A stretch of 64,000 nt of DNA. Origin: Trichodelitschia bisporula. Lineage: Eukaryota. Location of the stretch: positions 939,061 through 1,003,060 of the forward strand of contig ML996695.1 in assembly GCA_010356995.1 (NCBI GenBank), in the 5' to 3' direction. Shown here one piece after another: positions 12,964 through 26,069 of the stretch. The translations under genes were made by a program, and so were the position numbers. The notes beneath the pieces are model-generated. The model was given only the letters and a program-made list of their open reading frames with translations, searched no databases and was not told the DNA's origin. Every line of letters starts with the position of its first letter. Position 1 is the stretch's first letter.

Positions 12964-13528
12964 ACGGCGACCTCCCGAGATCGCTCCCAAGCGCGTTCAA
13001 CTCCGGCGCCTAAACGACCCGCAGATTAGGCGTTGCGGAATCGCATCCTATGGACATGTGCATTATGGGGAATGTACAAATCCAACAGTCTACCTATCGT
13101 GACGTCAATTCCTCTGGAAATTGTTACATTTTGTGGCTTGAGTTGTGTACGTCAAAAAGGAAGCATCCACGCTAAAATCTGGCGTGCCGCTGTCGGCCTT
13201 GTTTGCCTACCTCCACAGTCGGTGAAGCTTCGTCGGATGGCTGACTCTGATTGATCCTCGCCCATGCAATATGTAGCAATAAACGCCCCGGAAGGTTTAA
13301 GCCTCTTGGCCGAGGCACCCCACATACGCCGAAGTTGAGGAAGTGTCGACGGCCATGATTACATGAACCATTGTGCAATAAGGGAAAGCGGTATCGCAAA
13401 CCCCGACGAATAAACGGGCAGCCGGCTAGAACAAGATGCCGGAGTAGATAAATAGGGCACAGTCGGCCCCACCTTCTTACGACCCCGCCATCACATAATT
13501 TGGCCTCGCGCTCCGTCCTCCCTCTACC

Positions 13529-14706
13529 ATGGGTTCCAAAGCTGAACACCTAGTTATCCTTCTGCCATGGCCGGAGCCCACCGAACTCCTGGACAAATTG
13601 AAGGAGAAGTTCCCTGGACTTACAATTGCCTACTATGAGATCGCCGGGTGGGCGAACACCGACGGCCAGGCAACGGGAAAGCATATAAAACCAATTCCCG
13701 CAGGTACTTATAACATTGGGAAACTGTCCTGTACTAACACAGCTGTAGATGTTTACAAGGACGCCACCATCATTGCCACCACTTCTCTGTTTCCTGATAC
13801 CCGTGAAGAGGCCCCACATCTTGAACTCGTCCATGTCTTTTCTGCTGGCGCAGATCGCGTCATCGTTTCCCCGCTGTTTAAAGACACCCACGTCGTGTTC
13901 ACCAACAGCAGCGGTGTTCACGGACCCCAGATTGCAGAATGGTCCATCCTAGCAGCGCTGGTGCATAATCACCACTACAACCTTGCTTACGATCGCCAAA
14001 AGGAGCGCAAGTGGTCAAGAAGCAACCTGTTGAGCGTACGAGATTGGGCGGGCCAACGATTGGGCGTTTTGGGATACGGAAGCATTGGCAGACAGGGTAG
14101 CGAGCCTTTTGGCGTGTATATAAGCCGCTAACGCCTTCAGCTGGCCGTGTTGCCAAAGCCATGGGTATGGATGTCATCGCTTACACGGCGTCACCACGGG
14201 CCACTCCTGAGTCCCGCCGCGATGACGGGTACATTGTCCCTGGAACCGGCGACCCCGACGGCTCTATCCCGAGCGCTTGGTACTCCGGCACGGACAAAGA
14301 GTCGCTGCACACGTTTCTTGCTGCTGACATCGACATTCTGCTTGTCGGGGTCCCACACACCCCGGCGACAGACAAGTTCCTTTCTGGGCCGGAGTTCGAT
14401 ATCTTGGCGAAGAGGAACGCCTTTCTGATCAACATTGCTCGCGGAGGTGTAATTGACCAGCCAGAGCTGATCAGGGCGTTAGAAGATGGACGGCTGCGGG
14501 GCGCTGGCCTCGACGTAACTACCCCCGAGCCGCTTCCCGAGGACGATCCACTATGGGACGCACCGAATGTGATCATCTCGCCTCATGTAAGTGGAGCTTC
14601 TGAGGCGTATCTGGAGAGAGGATTGGGTGTTTTGGAGGCGAACCTGGAGAGGAGGAGGAGGGGGCAAGGTCTCATCAACGTCATCGAGAGGGGGAAAGGA
14701 TACTGA
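13529..14706 (+). CDS. D-isomer-specific 2-hydroxyacid dehydrogenase
   Basis: Introns 13704-13748 and 14097-14140. SSGVHGPQIAEW, GVLGYGSIGRQ, INIARG, LDVTTPEPLP, ISPHVSG. Confidence 0.92.
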
Positions 14707-14902
14707 AGGAGAGATGGACATATGGAATGCATTGTAATAGATGGTACATGGCATACAGATCATGAACACCGATCATTAGGCGCATCGCCATGTCGAGACT
14801 GTGAAGAGCGTACTTGAAGCATGAATCTATCCTTTCTCGCAGCAGACCCGCCAACACCGCAATGACCGTCGTGCCGATATCAAAACCAACGCAAGCTATA
14901 CT

Positions 14903-15688
14903 TCAACCTTTCAGAGCCTCCGTCTGCCTCGCAACATCCAGTATCGCATCCACAACCGGCACAACATCCTTGCTCTTGATCGGAACCCTATGATCCCCGT
15001 CCCACTCCACCACCGTGGCCGTCTTCTTATCGCAGTACTGATCCAGCAGCCGCCGATGCAAATGCAATCCCTTATCCGCAAGCCCATGCACATGAATTGT
15101 CGGATACCTTAGCAGATCCGCGCCCTCCACATCCGTAAACCCCTCACTCACCTCCCCCGCCCCCACCATCCCCTTCCTCCCCTTCGACGCCTCACTGAAA
15201 CTAACCAACGGCGCCCGTCCCGCCAACAGTACCGCAAACCGCCAGTTCGTCCCCGCCTTCCCCTTCCCCAACTTCTCCTCTCGCGCCTGCTGGTCATACA
15301 GCAAACTCGCCGCCAGCTTCGCGCCCTGGCTAAACCCCATCATACCAACCCACTCCCCCGTCGCGCCTTTCACGTTGTCGTCGTCCATGGTGCGCCGCAG
15401 CTGGTACCACACCTCGTCCGCGGCGGACTCATCGTCGATCTCAGTGTGCTCCGGTAGCCAGCGGAGCCAGCGGCGGAAGGGCGCGAAGTCGGAGTATACG
15501 GGCTCGATGCCCGGGCCGGCGTCGCAGAGGAAGGGGCCGTCGGCGAAGACGAGCCGGAAGTAGGGGTTTAGACGTGCGATGAGGGCGCGCGCTTGGAGCT
15601 GGAAGACTTCGCCGGTTACGCCGCCACCGTGGAGGCAGAGGATGCGGGGGTTGTGGAGGGTGGGGTCTAGGGTGGCTGATTTGGACAT
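14903..15688 (-). CDS. FSH1/LovG-family serine hydrolase (esterase)
   Basis: Intronless. RILCLHGGG, FADGPF, GFSQGA nucleophile, PTIHVHGLAD, WDGDHRVP. Confidence 0.9.
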   Translation of the reverse strand: MSKSATLDPTLHNPRILCLHGGGVTGEVFQLQARALIARLNPYFRLVFADGPFLCDAGPGIEPVYSDFAPFRRWLRWLPEHTEIDDESAADEVWYQLRRTMDDDNVKGATGEWVGMMGFSQGAKLAASLLYDQQAREEKLGKGKAGTNWRFAVLLAGRAPLVSFSEASKGRKGMVGAGEVSEGFTDVEGADLLRYPTIHVHGLADKGLHLHRRLLDQYCDKKTATVVEWDGDHRVPIKSKDVVPVVDAILDVARQTEALKG

Positions 15689-16551
15689 GGTGGGGTTGTG
15701 AGGGTGAGGCAAGTACTGAAGGAGGAGGTGAGAGATGGCGATGGGTTGGGACGAGGTGCTCAAGGCTATGCGGGCTCGCGATTTCTTCAAGTACGCGAAA
15801 AAGGCCAGTGATATCTGAACTGGTGAGTTAACGTCAGAAGAACAAGAGCAGTTGGGATGGAGCTTTGAATGGACGCAGTGTGGTGGGGCGCAGACAACGC
15901 ACCTCTATCTTTAGAACCGCTCAAGCTCAGCCTAAAATGCAAAGAACAATCAACAGAATCATTTGGAATGCCTCTTAACTGGCGTACAGAGGGATGCTTT
16001 CCCACGAGTTCCTCGCCATCCCATTGAAACAAGCCTCCGGATCCACTCGTTACGAGCTGATGCTTGTACGGTGTGCAGCGATCGATGTACCCCTCCCGGC
16101 CGTGCCAATGTGCGGGGCCGAAAGAAGCGGGGGCTAATCAAAAGGGGGATACCCCTTGATGGTGTCGCCTTGAAGCTTTTAGGCACGACGATAGGCCTCA
16201 AAGGGTTTGACTTTTGTTCTAACCTCCCGTGGTGGAAGCTGTTATTTTACACTGATGCTCATCGCATTGCGGTCTCTTAGTGCCGTCTGTGATGTCCCCA
16301 CAAAGAATGCCTTTCCAAAACTGATCTCGTGTCATCACATCGCAAGGCCCTTCAGGCTCAAAGTTGAATGCTCAGACCTTCCGCCGACCCTGGCACCGGG
16401 GGAAACTCATGCTTCCCTATGGCGTGCCTGTACCACTCAGTTCAAGCGGGGCCGCCTGAACCGGGGGAGTGGAAAAGCACTAGTTGTGGTCCAAGATGCA
16501 GTATCGTCGCTATGAATCTCTACCAACCTTCTTCCCTGCGACTGAATGAGC

Positions 16552-18107
16552 TCAAGGCCGCCTTCGAACCTCGCTCACATTACTTGTATAGGCCAGCAGA
16601 TACTTGCAGCAGGTAAGCATGGACTTGCACGCCTTGGTCCAAGACTCCTCCTGGTTATTCAAGTTCAAGGTACCGAGCTTGATACTATGGTCGCCAATCT
16701 TATCCCGGTCAATCTCATAACGTACGTGAGGAAATTCGACCGTGTTGCCGTCTGCACCTTGGAGCGGTGTTCTCCGCGCATGACTGAGCAATTGGGAGAG
16801 GCATTCGAGAAAGTAGACCATCGCGGTATCGAACTTGCGGTTGAAGATATTGATGCCCAAGGAGAACTCTCCGGAAGAAAACAGGTCATACTCTTTGCAG
16901 ATGAGCTTTGGCTGGTGCGATGGGTCATTCGAGACGGGGGTGCGAGATGACTGGTAGTGCCTGATCTTCGATGTCGACCCCATCGGCACTAACTCGTAGC
17001 CTTTGAAAGTGAAGTTGAGCTTCTCCGCAACAGTCGCCAACAGCAAGCAAGTGTGGCCCCATGCTGCGTTTATTTCGGCCCACTCTACTGGCTTGTCAGG
17101 AAGTCTTCCCAGCCGAAGGCCGTTGATGGTACCGAAGAAACCGTCGTGGCCGATGGAAAAGGTATCGTTATACACATTCGCTCGACGTAGCCGTTCCAGC
17201 TGCTTGAAGTCGTTTTCGTAGCGCTTGTTGATCCGCTCTCTTTCGTTCTGAAATCCAGAGAGCTTCGTCGCAAAGTCATTTCGCTCAGCCCAGAACTCTT
17301 CTTCCTGCTCGTCAAGCTCAAGAGACTGAGCCTCCAAGGACAGAATCTCCTCTTCCATCTTCGCTTTTTCTGCTTCAAGTTGCTTCAGCTCGGCAAATGC
17401 TGCCTTCTCCTTGGCCTGCGTCTCTTCAAGCAGCGTTTTTGCCTGCTGTAGCTCTTCTTCTGATGGTATGTCGGCATTCGCTTGCCTAAGAAACTCGACA
17501 TATGCGTCTCTCTCCTTCGTCGAATTGGACAGACGCTTCTGTAAGCTTTCAACGAGCAGCTCGGTACATTCGACACATATGGGATGGTCGATATCGGATC
17601 GGGCGGAGAGTATTTCAAAGAGTCGTGTAGTCGTCTCCATCTTGTTGGAAAGTTGATTTTCTGGTCCAGTGTCCTGGTCTGGCTTCCTCTGACTTCGCTT
17701 GCGGGCCAGATCGGGGGCATTCGAAGTCGGCTCCGCACGGCTATCCTGATCTTGCACGACCTGGGATTCCGTGAGCATGACAAAGGACATGGCGGGGTTA
17801 TCCCTCGCGGAGCCAGCGACAGGTACCGGTCTGGTGGCATGGCGGTTGGAATTGATATTTCGCTTGATGGCAGGCAAACGAGCATTCTGGGCGACGCGCT
17901 CGTACTCTTCCCGGCGCTCAGTTGAATATGAATGCCGTTCGAAGGTGGACTGATGAGGGGACGAGCCAGCAGAGTCTGTTACTGCGTTAGCTGTGCTCCG
18001 CAGAGTGCTTAGCCCAACATGCCAGTCAACAACTTAAAGGCGGCTGGATTCAGCTCTTCGAGAGAACCATCCAGCTTGAGAGGCGTTCGACACTTTTGGC
18101 AGTACAT
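16552..18107 (-). CDS. ATG6: Beclin-1 / Atg6 / Vps30
   Basis: MYCQKCRTPLKLDGSLEELNPAAF N-terminus joined through a predicted GC-AG intron 17976-18022. MSFVMLTESQ, SDIDHPICVEC, FGTINGLRLGRL, VEWAEINAAWG, WTKACK. Confidence 0.93.
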
Positions 18108-18520
18108 GGCATTACTTTGACGACTCGGGTCTCTTCATACAATAAGGAGGTCTAGTAGAGATGAAGCTGTTTAAAAGGAGCTGATATATGAGGCCGATGG
18201 AAGGTTGTTGATGCCTTCCCGGGTTGACAGCGGTATCAAGTCACGTGAAGAGACGGCGCGTGACAACGACCGGTGACATTTTGGTTCTCTTCACACAATC
18301 GCAGAACTTTCGAACATAAATTATCGAAACTATTTTGGATTGGCTCTTCAATGTAGCTAACAGCTGTTGTCTAGAGCTGAGAAAGCCTTGAGAACGAGGT
18401 CCGAGCGGTCAGCTTCCCAAGCCGCGGGTAGATGTGTGGAACATAAGACTTCTCCACAAATGGGCACTACCGGAATATGCACAGTAAGTGAGTATTATAG
18501 AAGCAATGATGCAAAGCCAA

Positions 18521-20331
18521 TTACACCTTCTCCTTCCTGGTCACCCTGCTGACCGCGATATCATCTTCCTTCTCCGACTCGTCGCGCTCATCAGCAGGTG
18601 CTGCCACTACCATCAACTTTTCCATGTCCTTGCCGGATGTCACCCCTCCATCACCATTTTCCCCATCTGACGTGCTCTTCGCGTCTGGGTTTGGCTTTGG
18701 CTCCTCCCCAGGCCGCACCAAACCTCTGTCCGTTACAAACAGACAGGTCAGGAGGCATATCCCGGCAAGAGGAGCACAGTAGATGAATACCGCCCGACTA
18801 GCTTTCGCATACGCCTCCTGAATCACCAGGCCATCCGCATGGCTGAACTTGGTATAATCCGGCTTTGCATATGTGGTTTTGGCGAGATACTTGTATTGCT
18901 CAGGCAACGAAGCTTTCAACACGTTTTGCAGCACGGCAGCTGAGATGGCAAGCCCGACAGAGCCTCCCAAGCAACGAAGGAAATTCCGGACCGATATCAC
19001 AACGGCTCGCTGTGACTTGTAGCAGTGGGCTTGCAGCGCAATGATCGTCGGTTGGAATACGTTGCCCGTTCCGAGGCCGAGGACCATGAGGATCACGATG
19101 TTCTTCCAGATGGCAGTCTCACGGCCGAAGATCGTGGTAAGACTGATACCAAGGGTGTAAACCGCAAAGCCAAACCAAATCACCTCGCCATACCGTTTGC
19201 GCCGCGAGATGTACTGGCCGGAGCAGATGGACGCAAAGCTTTGAGTAAGGGTCAGAGGAATTGTCAAGAACGCCGATTTCAGGGGCGAAAACTGGCGGAC
19301 GTTCTGGTAGTACAGCGGAAGGTAGTAAATGTAAGTGTAGAACACGGCTCCGAAAAAGAAATTCTGGAGGAGGATGGCCGCAACGGGGGTATTCTTGAAG
19401 AGCGAGACTGCTCGGAGTCAGAGATGAGTCCCCATAGCGAATAGGTACTCACGAGGCATCATGGGCAACGCAGAGACTCGCCATTCAACGTAGATGAACA
19501 AGATAGCGAAAATGCCGCCAATCACAAGCATGGATATTACCATCGGTCTAAGAAGTTAGGGTTGAACAACTTAGAAATGAACATGAAAACGTACGAGTTC
19601 CATTCGAAGTAGGCACCGCCTCCAGAGACCGGAATCAAGAGCAGAATCAAGGAGATCGAGGCCGTCGTGACACCCCAATAGTCAATTTTCTTGACGTTGG
19701 CGCGGAAGTTCTCTGCCGGCATGTTCGAGGGGAGCAGCCACCAGGATACAAAGCCACAGGCGGCGGCGGTTGGGCATAGCATGTAGAAGAGCGTCCGCCA
19801 TGTTGAAGTTTGCCCGAAGAGACCGGCCAGAAGCGGTCCGATGAGGTTTCCAAGTCCCACCATGGACCCAAGGATCCCTTGATACTTGCCTCTCCGCTCC
19901 AGCGTAACAATGTCACTGACAATCATCATGGTCAGGCTGGTAATGCCGCCACCCGCAACGCCAGTCAAGCCACGGAAGACGTAAAGCATGGTGGCATTTC
20001 GAGATACGCCGCACATGAGATCGCTGAAGCAGAGAAGAGCCAGCGCTGACAGATACACGCCCTTACGGCCGAACAGATCTGACAGTCGTCCATAAAGAAC
20101 CTGGAATACCGTGTTTCCGATCAGCGCAGATGTCCCGGCCCAAGATATCGTTTCCGTTGCGTGGAGATCTTTGGCAACTGTCGGTAAAAGTTGTCCAATA
20201 CCGTTCTGATCCACAAAATACACCAAAAGCGTCAAGGCCAGTACGAAAAAGACCAGGCAAAGTTGCTTGTGAGGTAGGAGATTTTCTTGATCATGGAGAG
20301 CGGCCTCGGCCTCATCTTGACGGCGGGTCAT
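18521..20331 (-). CDS. MFS drug:H+ antiporter-type transporter (14-TMS-like)
   Basis: Introns 19548-19594 and 19408-19452. YGRLSDLFGRK (motif A), RGLTGVAGGG, IVSDIVTLERRGKYQG, KIDYWG, RNFLRCLGG. Start codon uncertain. Confidence 0.88.
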
Positions 20332-21227
20332 GATGAGATGACTTTGTGAACGAAAAGTGTACCTGGCGTAGGGAAAGCAGCTCAAGGGGATTTTCAAATC
20401 TCAACAGAATAATCTTTGGACTTGAGAGCCATTTTGAAGTCCTTTCGGCACCAATGTCCCGAGCGGAGCGGTCAAAAAGCAACATGACGGCACTCAGCAT
20501 GCTGCATGCCTGACGATACAGTCCGTTGCCGCGCGAGGGAAGCCAGTTAGAAGCGGAGCATCGGTCGAGTTCATGGCCTGCTCGGTACATAGCGGCTCAT
20601 TGTCGGTTGTCTGCAGGGCGCTTGAGGCAAACACGCCATCAGATCCAGGTACGGCTCGGCTTGAAAATGCCGGTAACCTGGTATCAAAGGACAAAGGATG
20701 ACAGCGTACAGCTTCCCTCGTCGCTGCCGAGCCAGTCGGTCTTAGTTTCGATTGGCAGACCGTTTTTCAAGACCGGGAATCTTGAGTTCGGCATACTGTA
20801 GTAGAGGGCGATCCGCCCAAGCTGGCATGCGACGTTAGCCAGGAACCCGGTACACGAACGGTTCTAGTGGAGCGATATCGCTTCACCGGTCCGTTCCTGC
20901 TTGGCACATGAGCTTATAATCTTGGCACGTTCGTTTGGTCGACGGTGGCAAGGCTGCAAAGCCGATACAGGCACGGAAAGGATGGATACTCCATGGTAGC
21001 TCTTTTGCATCAACGATGTCTGTTTGGAGCCTGGCCGGACAGAAAGAAAGTAAACAAGAGGCCAGCGAGTAAGGACTCTGCACTTGTAAAAAGTACTATC
21101 ACAAGTCAGATTCACATAATTATATGCCGTTCGGCGAGATATCGATAATTCTTGCTGTATGTTCTATGTCTCTACAGCTTAAAGGTCCAGCTGAGAAGAC
21201 GGAGCCTGTCGGGATGTAATTGGCGGG

Positions 21228-22936
21228 CTACTTTGACGGTTTTCCACCAGACGCCTTCCAAGCTGCAGCGCGTTTGGTGCTTCGATTTTTGGGCTTCCCT
21301 CCCTTGCTTTTTGACTTGCCCCCAAGTTTCAGGCCCTTGTTTCCTTGGTTGTTGCTAGCACGGTGCCCTTCAAAAATGAAAGTCTCCGGAGGCTTCACCC
21401 CGAGCTGGGTGGCAAGAACACCCTTCTTCATCTGCGCAGCAGCACCACGGCCGAGCAGTTTTCCAGCGCGGCCCTGCATGGACTTCAACTCGCCCGACAC
21501 TTTCGGATTGAAAATGCGGGATTTGGAGGGGTTCGCCTGGGAGGACGCGTTGTTGGCGGCCTTACGCTTGATGGCCTTCGCTCGCGTGACGCGAAGTTTG
21601 CGAGGCAGCATCGGGGGAAATCTCTTCTCATTGAGATGCAACGCTGCTTCGACGGCATTCTCGTCCTGAATTCTGTTAACAGGCTGCCTGACTTCACTTC
21701 GGACCGACTTACAGTAAACTGCACATAAGCAATTCCCTTGCCGACTCTCGTTTTCCCGTCCCTGATGACTCTAACACTCTCGACCTTGCCAACCTTGCCG
21801 AACTCACGCCACAGACCTTCTTCCGTATCTGAAGGGGTTCGCTTCTTGCCCTTCTTCTGCTTCCCCTCCGCCTCGTTGGCCGCTTGGATGTTGCTCTCGT
21901 CATCGACGAAGCCGAGATTTCCGACGAAGACACACCGACGGTGGTCCACCTTGGCCGGATGCGCAACTTCATCAACACGCACATGGCGATCCAGGACTAC
22001 CGTCCCGTTGAGCTGCTTGGCCGCCTCGCGCGCAGCAGTCTTGGTTGAGTAGACAACATAGGCGTTCGTGCTCATAGCGGTCTCTTCCATAACCTCCTTT
22101 CGGGCGAACGCAGCCTTCTTCGGCAGCTTGGCGGCAAACGGAGTAGAGCGGAAGCGGAGAGACTCCACTTTGTGAGGCGGGTCATGAGCCGGGAGCGAAG
22201 CAAGAAACAAGCCCATGTGGTTGAGGAGTGTCTTCTTAGCCGACTTTGAGGTGACGGCCTTAGTGGAAACGTTCCCAACGAAAACCGTGCGGTTGGCCTT
22301 CTCAAGTTCGACAGACTCCGCCGAAGGGGCAAGGCTTTCGTGCTGCGGGATGTCAAAATCTTCATCGGAGACAGTGTTCTCCTCATTGGCAGTGTCGCTA
22401 TCCCCGTCCGATCCCGATCCTTCTTCCTCTACGACAGCGGAAACCTTTTGGCGCTTTGGCCTTTCGGTTGCGCGCTTCTTATCATCCTTCTCTTCCTCAT
22501 CCGCGAGGCGTTGCAGGTACTCGACTTCCAGGCCTTCGTTTTCTTGCTTCCGCTTGCGCTTGCGGCTCCTCTCACTGGCATTTGCCTCAATAGGCACGGG
22601 TACTAGGAACTCCTCGTCCTCTACATCTCTATCTTCCATATCGGTGTCATCTTGGCCAGATGCAAGCTCCGAGAGGACTTCATCGTCTTCGTTGTCCGAA
22701 GCACCTTCTTCCGACACACTCTTCGGACTCGGTGGATCTGGTATCTGGCGAGGTTTGATTGGGCCAGCCTAGAGATTGTGAGCTAGAAGCAACCAGAATG
22801 AGATCAGTTGAGAACTTACACTGGAGGAAAAAAGCGAGGCCAGACTTGGGTCAATTTTTGTAGCAGGAGCAAATGTCAAGAACGACTCTTGGGCATTGCT
22901 GGCCATAGAGGCCGTTTTGGTGCTTTTCTTGCCCAT
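21228..22936 (-). CDS. NOP12: Nucleolar RRM protein Nop12
   Basis: Introns 22769-22819 and 21666-21712. RTVFVGNV, KVESLRFRS, NAYVVY, RCVFVGNLGF, VESVRVIRD..GKGIAYVQF, FEGHRA, basic C-terminus. Confidence 0.9.
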
Positions 22937-23006
22937 TTTGTTGGATGCGAAAAAGTTGGGGTTTCGTTCGTTATGAGGGGACCAGGAACACGCGCCCTGA
23001 CGCAGG

Positions 23007-23047
23007 AAATTTTGGTGGAGCTTCACGGCAAGGTCAGCCCTCACCGC
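23007..23047 (-). promoter_or_regulatory. RRPE-like (AAAATTT) and PAC-like (GCGGTGAG) elements upstream of NOP12
   Basis: AAATTTT at 23007-23013 and CTCACCGC at 23040-23047 lie about 70-110 nt upstream of a ribosome-biogenesis gene. The PAC-like site has one mismatch to GCGATGAG. Confidence 0.3.
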
Positions 23048-23409
23048 CTGCGCCGGGATTCGGCAGAACCCTCGCTCGATCTCTTGCGACCCGTTCGTTC
23101 ATGGCCCACACAACCCGTTGTCAACCCCATTCTCAGACTACTGAACAATGTAGATACTCCCGGTTGTCGCACATCTCTTTCGCACCTTCAGTTACTGTCT
23201 CGGACGCCTTCGTTTCTCGCTCCATTCTCTCACGCTCAACCTCCCCTAGACTCCCTGCGCAGCCGCCGCTCCTCCTCCCACCTTTCCCTCCATCCGCGCT
23301 CCTTAGGTTGTTCACACGCGATTTTTGCAAGTCAAAGGTCGGAGTAGCCTTTGGGTTTATCGGAAGGACACAGAAAGTCACTGGAGGCACGCCGTCGGGA
23401 TCTCGCAGC

Positions 23410-26069
23410 ATGCTAAAGCGTGCCTCTCGAAGCCGATCACCCACTACCGATCCAGCTTCTCCCGAAAGTAAGTTCTCAAGCGCACACCGGTTCTCATCCA
23501 TCTTCACTTCAGAAGACATATTCCAGCTTTTGCTCGGGTTAGAACGGGCTTGTTGCTCCTCTAGGTTGCCCTCTGACCTCCATGAGGGGTTGCCCTCTCG
23601 GCGCGGACAGGTCACGATCAACTCCCAAGCTTCGCTCTCACTCTTATCGCATTAAATTTTTAAGCTTAAACTATATGTCCGATATTGGCTAACCATTTTC
23701 CTCTGTCACTAGAATCCAAATCCTTGAGCACTGCTGTTACTACGAAGCGACTCGCCGGTGCCAGCCCCCCACGAAGACCAAGCGCTGCGACTCTTCCCGA
23801 AGCATCCTCGAATGGTCACATAAAAGCAATGTCTGCAGTAGCCACTCAAGAAATCTCCAGCTCGCTGGACCCTCTCGCGCGTACACCTCACCCCGACCTT
23901 GGTGCACAAATAGACATTGGCGACGATCGTTCGAGCAGTCTCAGCGACTTGGACGAAAGATCGGAGGGCCGTGCGGACGAATCGTCAACCCACACCGCGC
24001 AAGGAGATACCGTGGAGGTGGATTCAGAAGCTGAGACTGAGCGATTGGAGAAGTCGCCTCGCAAGATGAGCCTGCGCCGAACAGCTTCATCGGTTGCTCG
24101 CAATTCTGCTGAGCGAACCCCGCGCAGTTCTGCGAGAGTTGCTTCCAAAATTCCTAGTGTCGCACAAGGCAATCTGGACGAGGCTACCCTGGAAAGCGAC
24201 GCGGATGGTGAGCAACCCACTCCCTCGCGCCCCGCGTCAACGGAAAGGAAAGGATCCGATTCCGACTCGTCACGGAGAAAACGAAAGCGATCGACTTCTT
24301 TTCCCGTCCCACCAGCGGAGCTTGCTGTGGAAGGGCCGCTGGCGAAACGCAGCCATATCTCCCCGGAGAAGGAAGAGCCCGTGCCTGAGGAGGATGGTGT
24401 TGACGCAGAAGCACCAGTTGAAGTCTCGCCCGAGGAGGACCATGACATGGGTGGCGCGCAGGACGAAGTGGATGCGAATGAGCCGCTCCCGGAGAAGACT
24501 CCGTCCCGTAATAACAAGAAGGGGAAGAAAGGGAGGATCAGAGGGAAGCGGAGTGCTCCTGTCGAAGAGCCCGAAGCTCCAGAACCTCCTGAAGCTGCGG
24601 AAGAGGAGCCAGAGCATGTGGATGTCGAGGTGGAAGAGGAAGAAACGAGCTCGGTCGATGAGGGAGGTAAGTATCGCTTGAGTCTGCCGTGCGGGCATCC
24701 GCTAACGTCAGGGCTTGCAGCGATCAAGAAGAAGACCGCAATAGCGGTGTTGAGTGGCATAGAGAAGGAATTCGTCGCATTCCGTGAGAAGTGAGTGTTT
24801 CTTTCTTCTCTGCGTCTCGTCCTAACAGCGATTTAGGCATCTGAACGAGCAACTGCGCCAAATAACGCACGAGTTGGACATGCTCCGGCAACCTAACTGC
24901 ACACATCCCGATTTTTTGGCGCAGCTTGAGTGCCTCAACATTCGGCGTGATGAGAAGGTACACCATGAGGAGGTGTTGCGGAAGTACCAGATGCAGGCGC
25001 GAGTGAACAAGACAGTCGCGGAGCGCTGCCAGCTGCATAGCCAATACTTCCAGACAGTGCGGGAACTCAAGGACAAGGCTCTTGAGAAAGCATACCGGGA
25101 CCTATACGCCCTACAACGTGACAGGAGGAACTGGGGAACCGATGAATTGAACTGCACTTACCTGTACAACAACAATCGCCAACAGCTGCTCCAACAACAA
25201 GCAGCCTACAACCTGGAGGTTTCTATCCTGTCGGGAATTGCGAAGCACATCGGCTTTCCAGCGGCGCCCGAAATCCGCGGCCTCGACCCGCACGATCTGG
25301 ACGACGATTGGCAGGCGATGGGGGTAAGCAACATGAGCAAGGGGCGCATGCGACTACGATGCTAACTTGCAATTAGCTTCCTGTTCGCACCCCACAAGCT
25401 CAGCCGCGGTTCACAGGTTACATCCAGCCAGAACCCGATCGTATTGCGGAAGAACGCTTCCTCGAGCAGACCCCATGGGCCAACCCGAACCACCCGGTTC
25501 ACTCTCAGATGCACGCGCACGCGCACACGCTCCTCCATCACGCGCAGCAGCCACCCGTTCCTACAGCGGGGAGCGCCAGTTTCCGTACTCCTGCGGCTCA
25601 GCGGCGAACCGCGGATCCCCACGCGACAAACGGCACGGGCTCGACTATCGAAATAATGTCAAACCCCCCGTCATCCGCTCCCGGCACTGGCGGCCCAGCT
25701 TCGGGGCCGCATTTTTCCGAGCGCCGCCAAGCACGTGAGGCTGCTGAGTCCCCGATATCGGCAAGCAAGCGTCTCTCTGGCGGAGCGAGCTTGATGAAGA
25801 TGTCTGCTGCTCATGCGCACCACCTTCAGGAAATTGAAAGGGCGCAGGTTGCGGTACCTCACCAGTTTCATAGTCAGCCGACGATGAACAGAGTTCCGCA
25901 GATGGACGGCCAAGAGCAACACGACGTTGGCGTACATGATGCCGGCGAGAACCAGGCTGCGGTGTCGAAGTTTCGGATTGGGCCAGAGGTCGGCGGCGCG
26001 TTGGTTCAAGGCAGTCATCCTGCGCTGACAGCACCTGTCGGAGGAAGTGCTAGTCGGTTTCCGCCATAA
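23410..26069 (+). CDS. DEP1: Sds3-like Rpd3L complex subunit (Dep1)
   Basis: Introns 23468-23712, 24667-24720, 24791-24836 and 25324-25376. DDRSSSLSDL, DSEAETERLE, IEKEFVAFREK, QLHSQYFQTVRE, YNLEVSILSGIAKHIGFPAAPEI, FLEQTPWANP. Confidence 0.85.

Noticed and set aside
23888..24760. Long antisense or overlapping ORFs (also 36100-37035, 48168-48947, 31904-32527, 22945-23655)
   Set aside because: They are shadows of GC-rich coding sequence on the other strand or frame, with low-complexity translations and no motifs.
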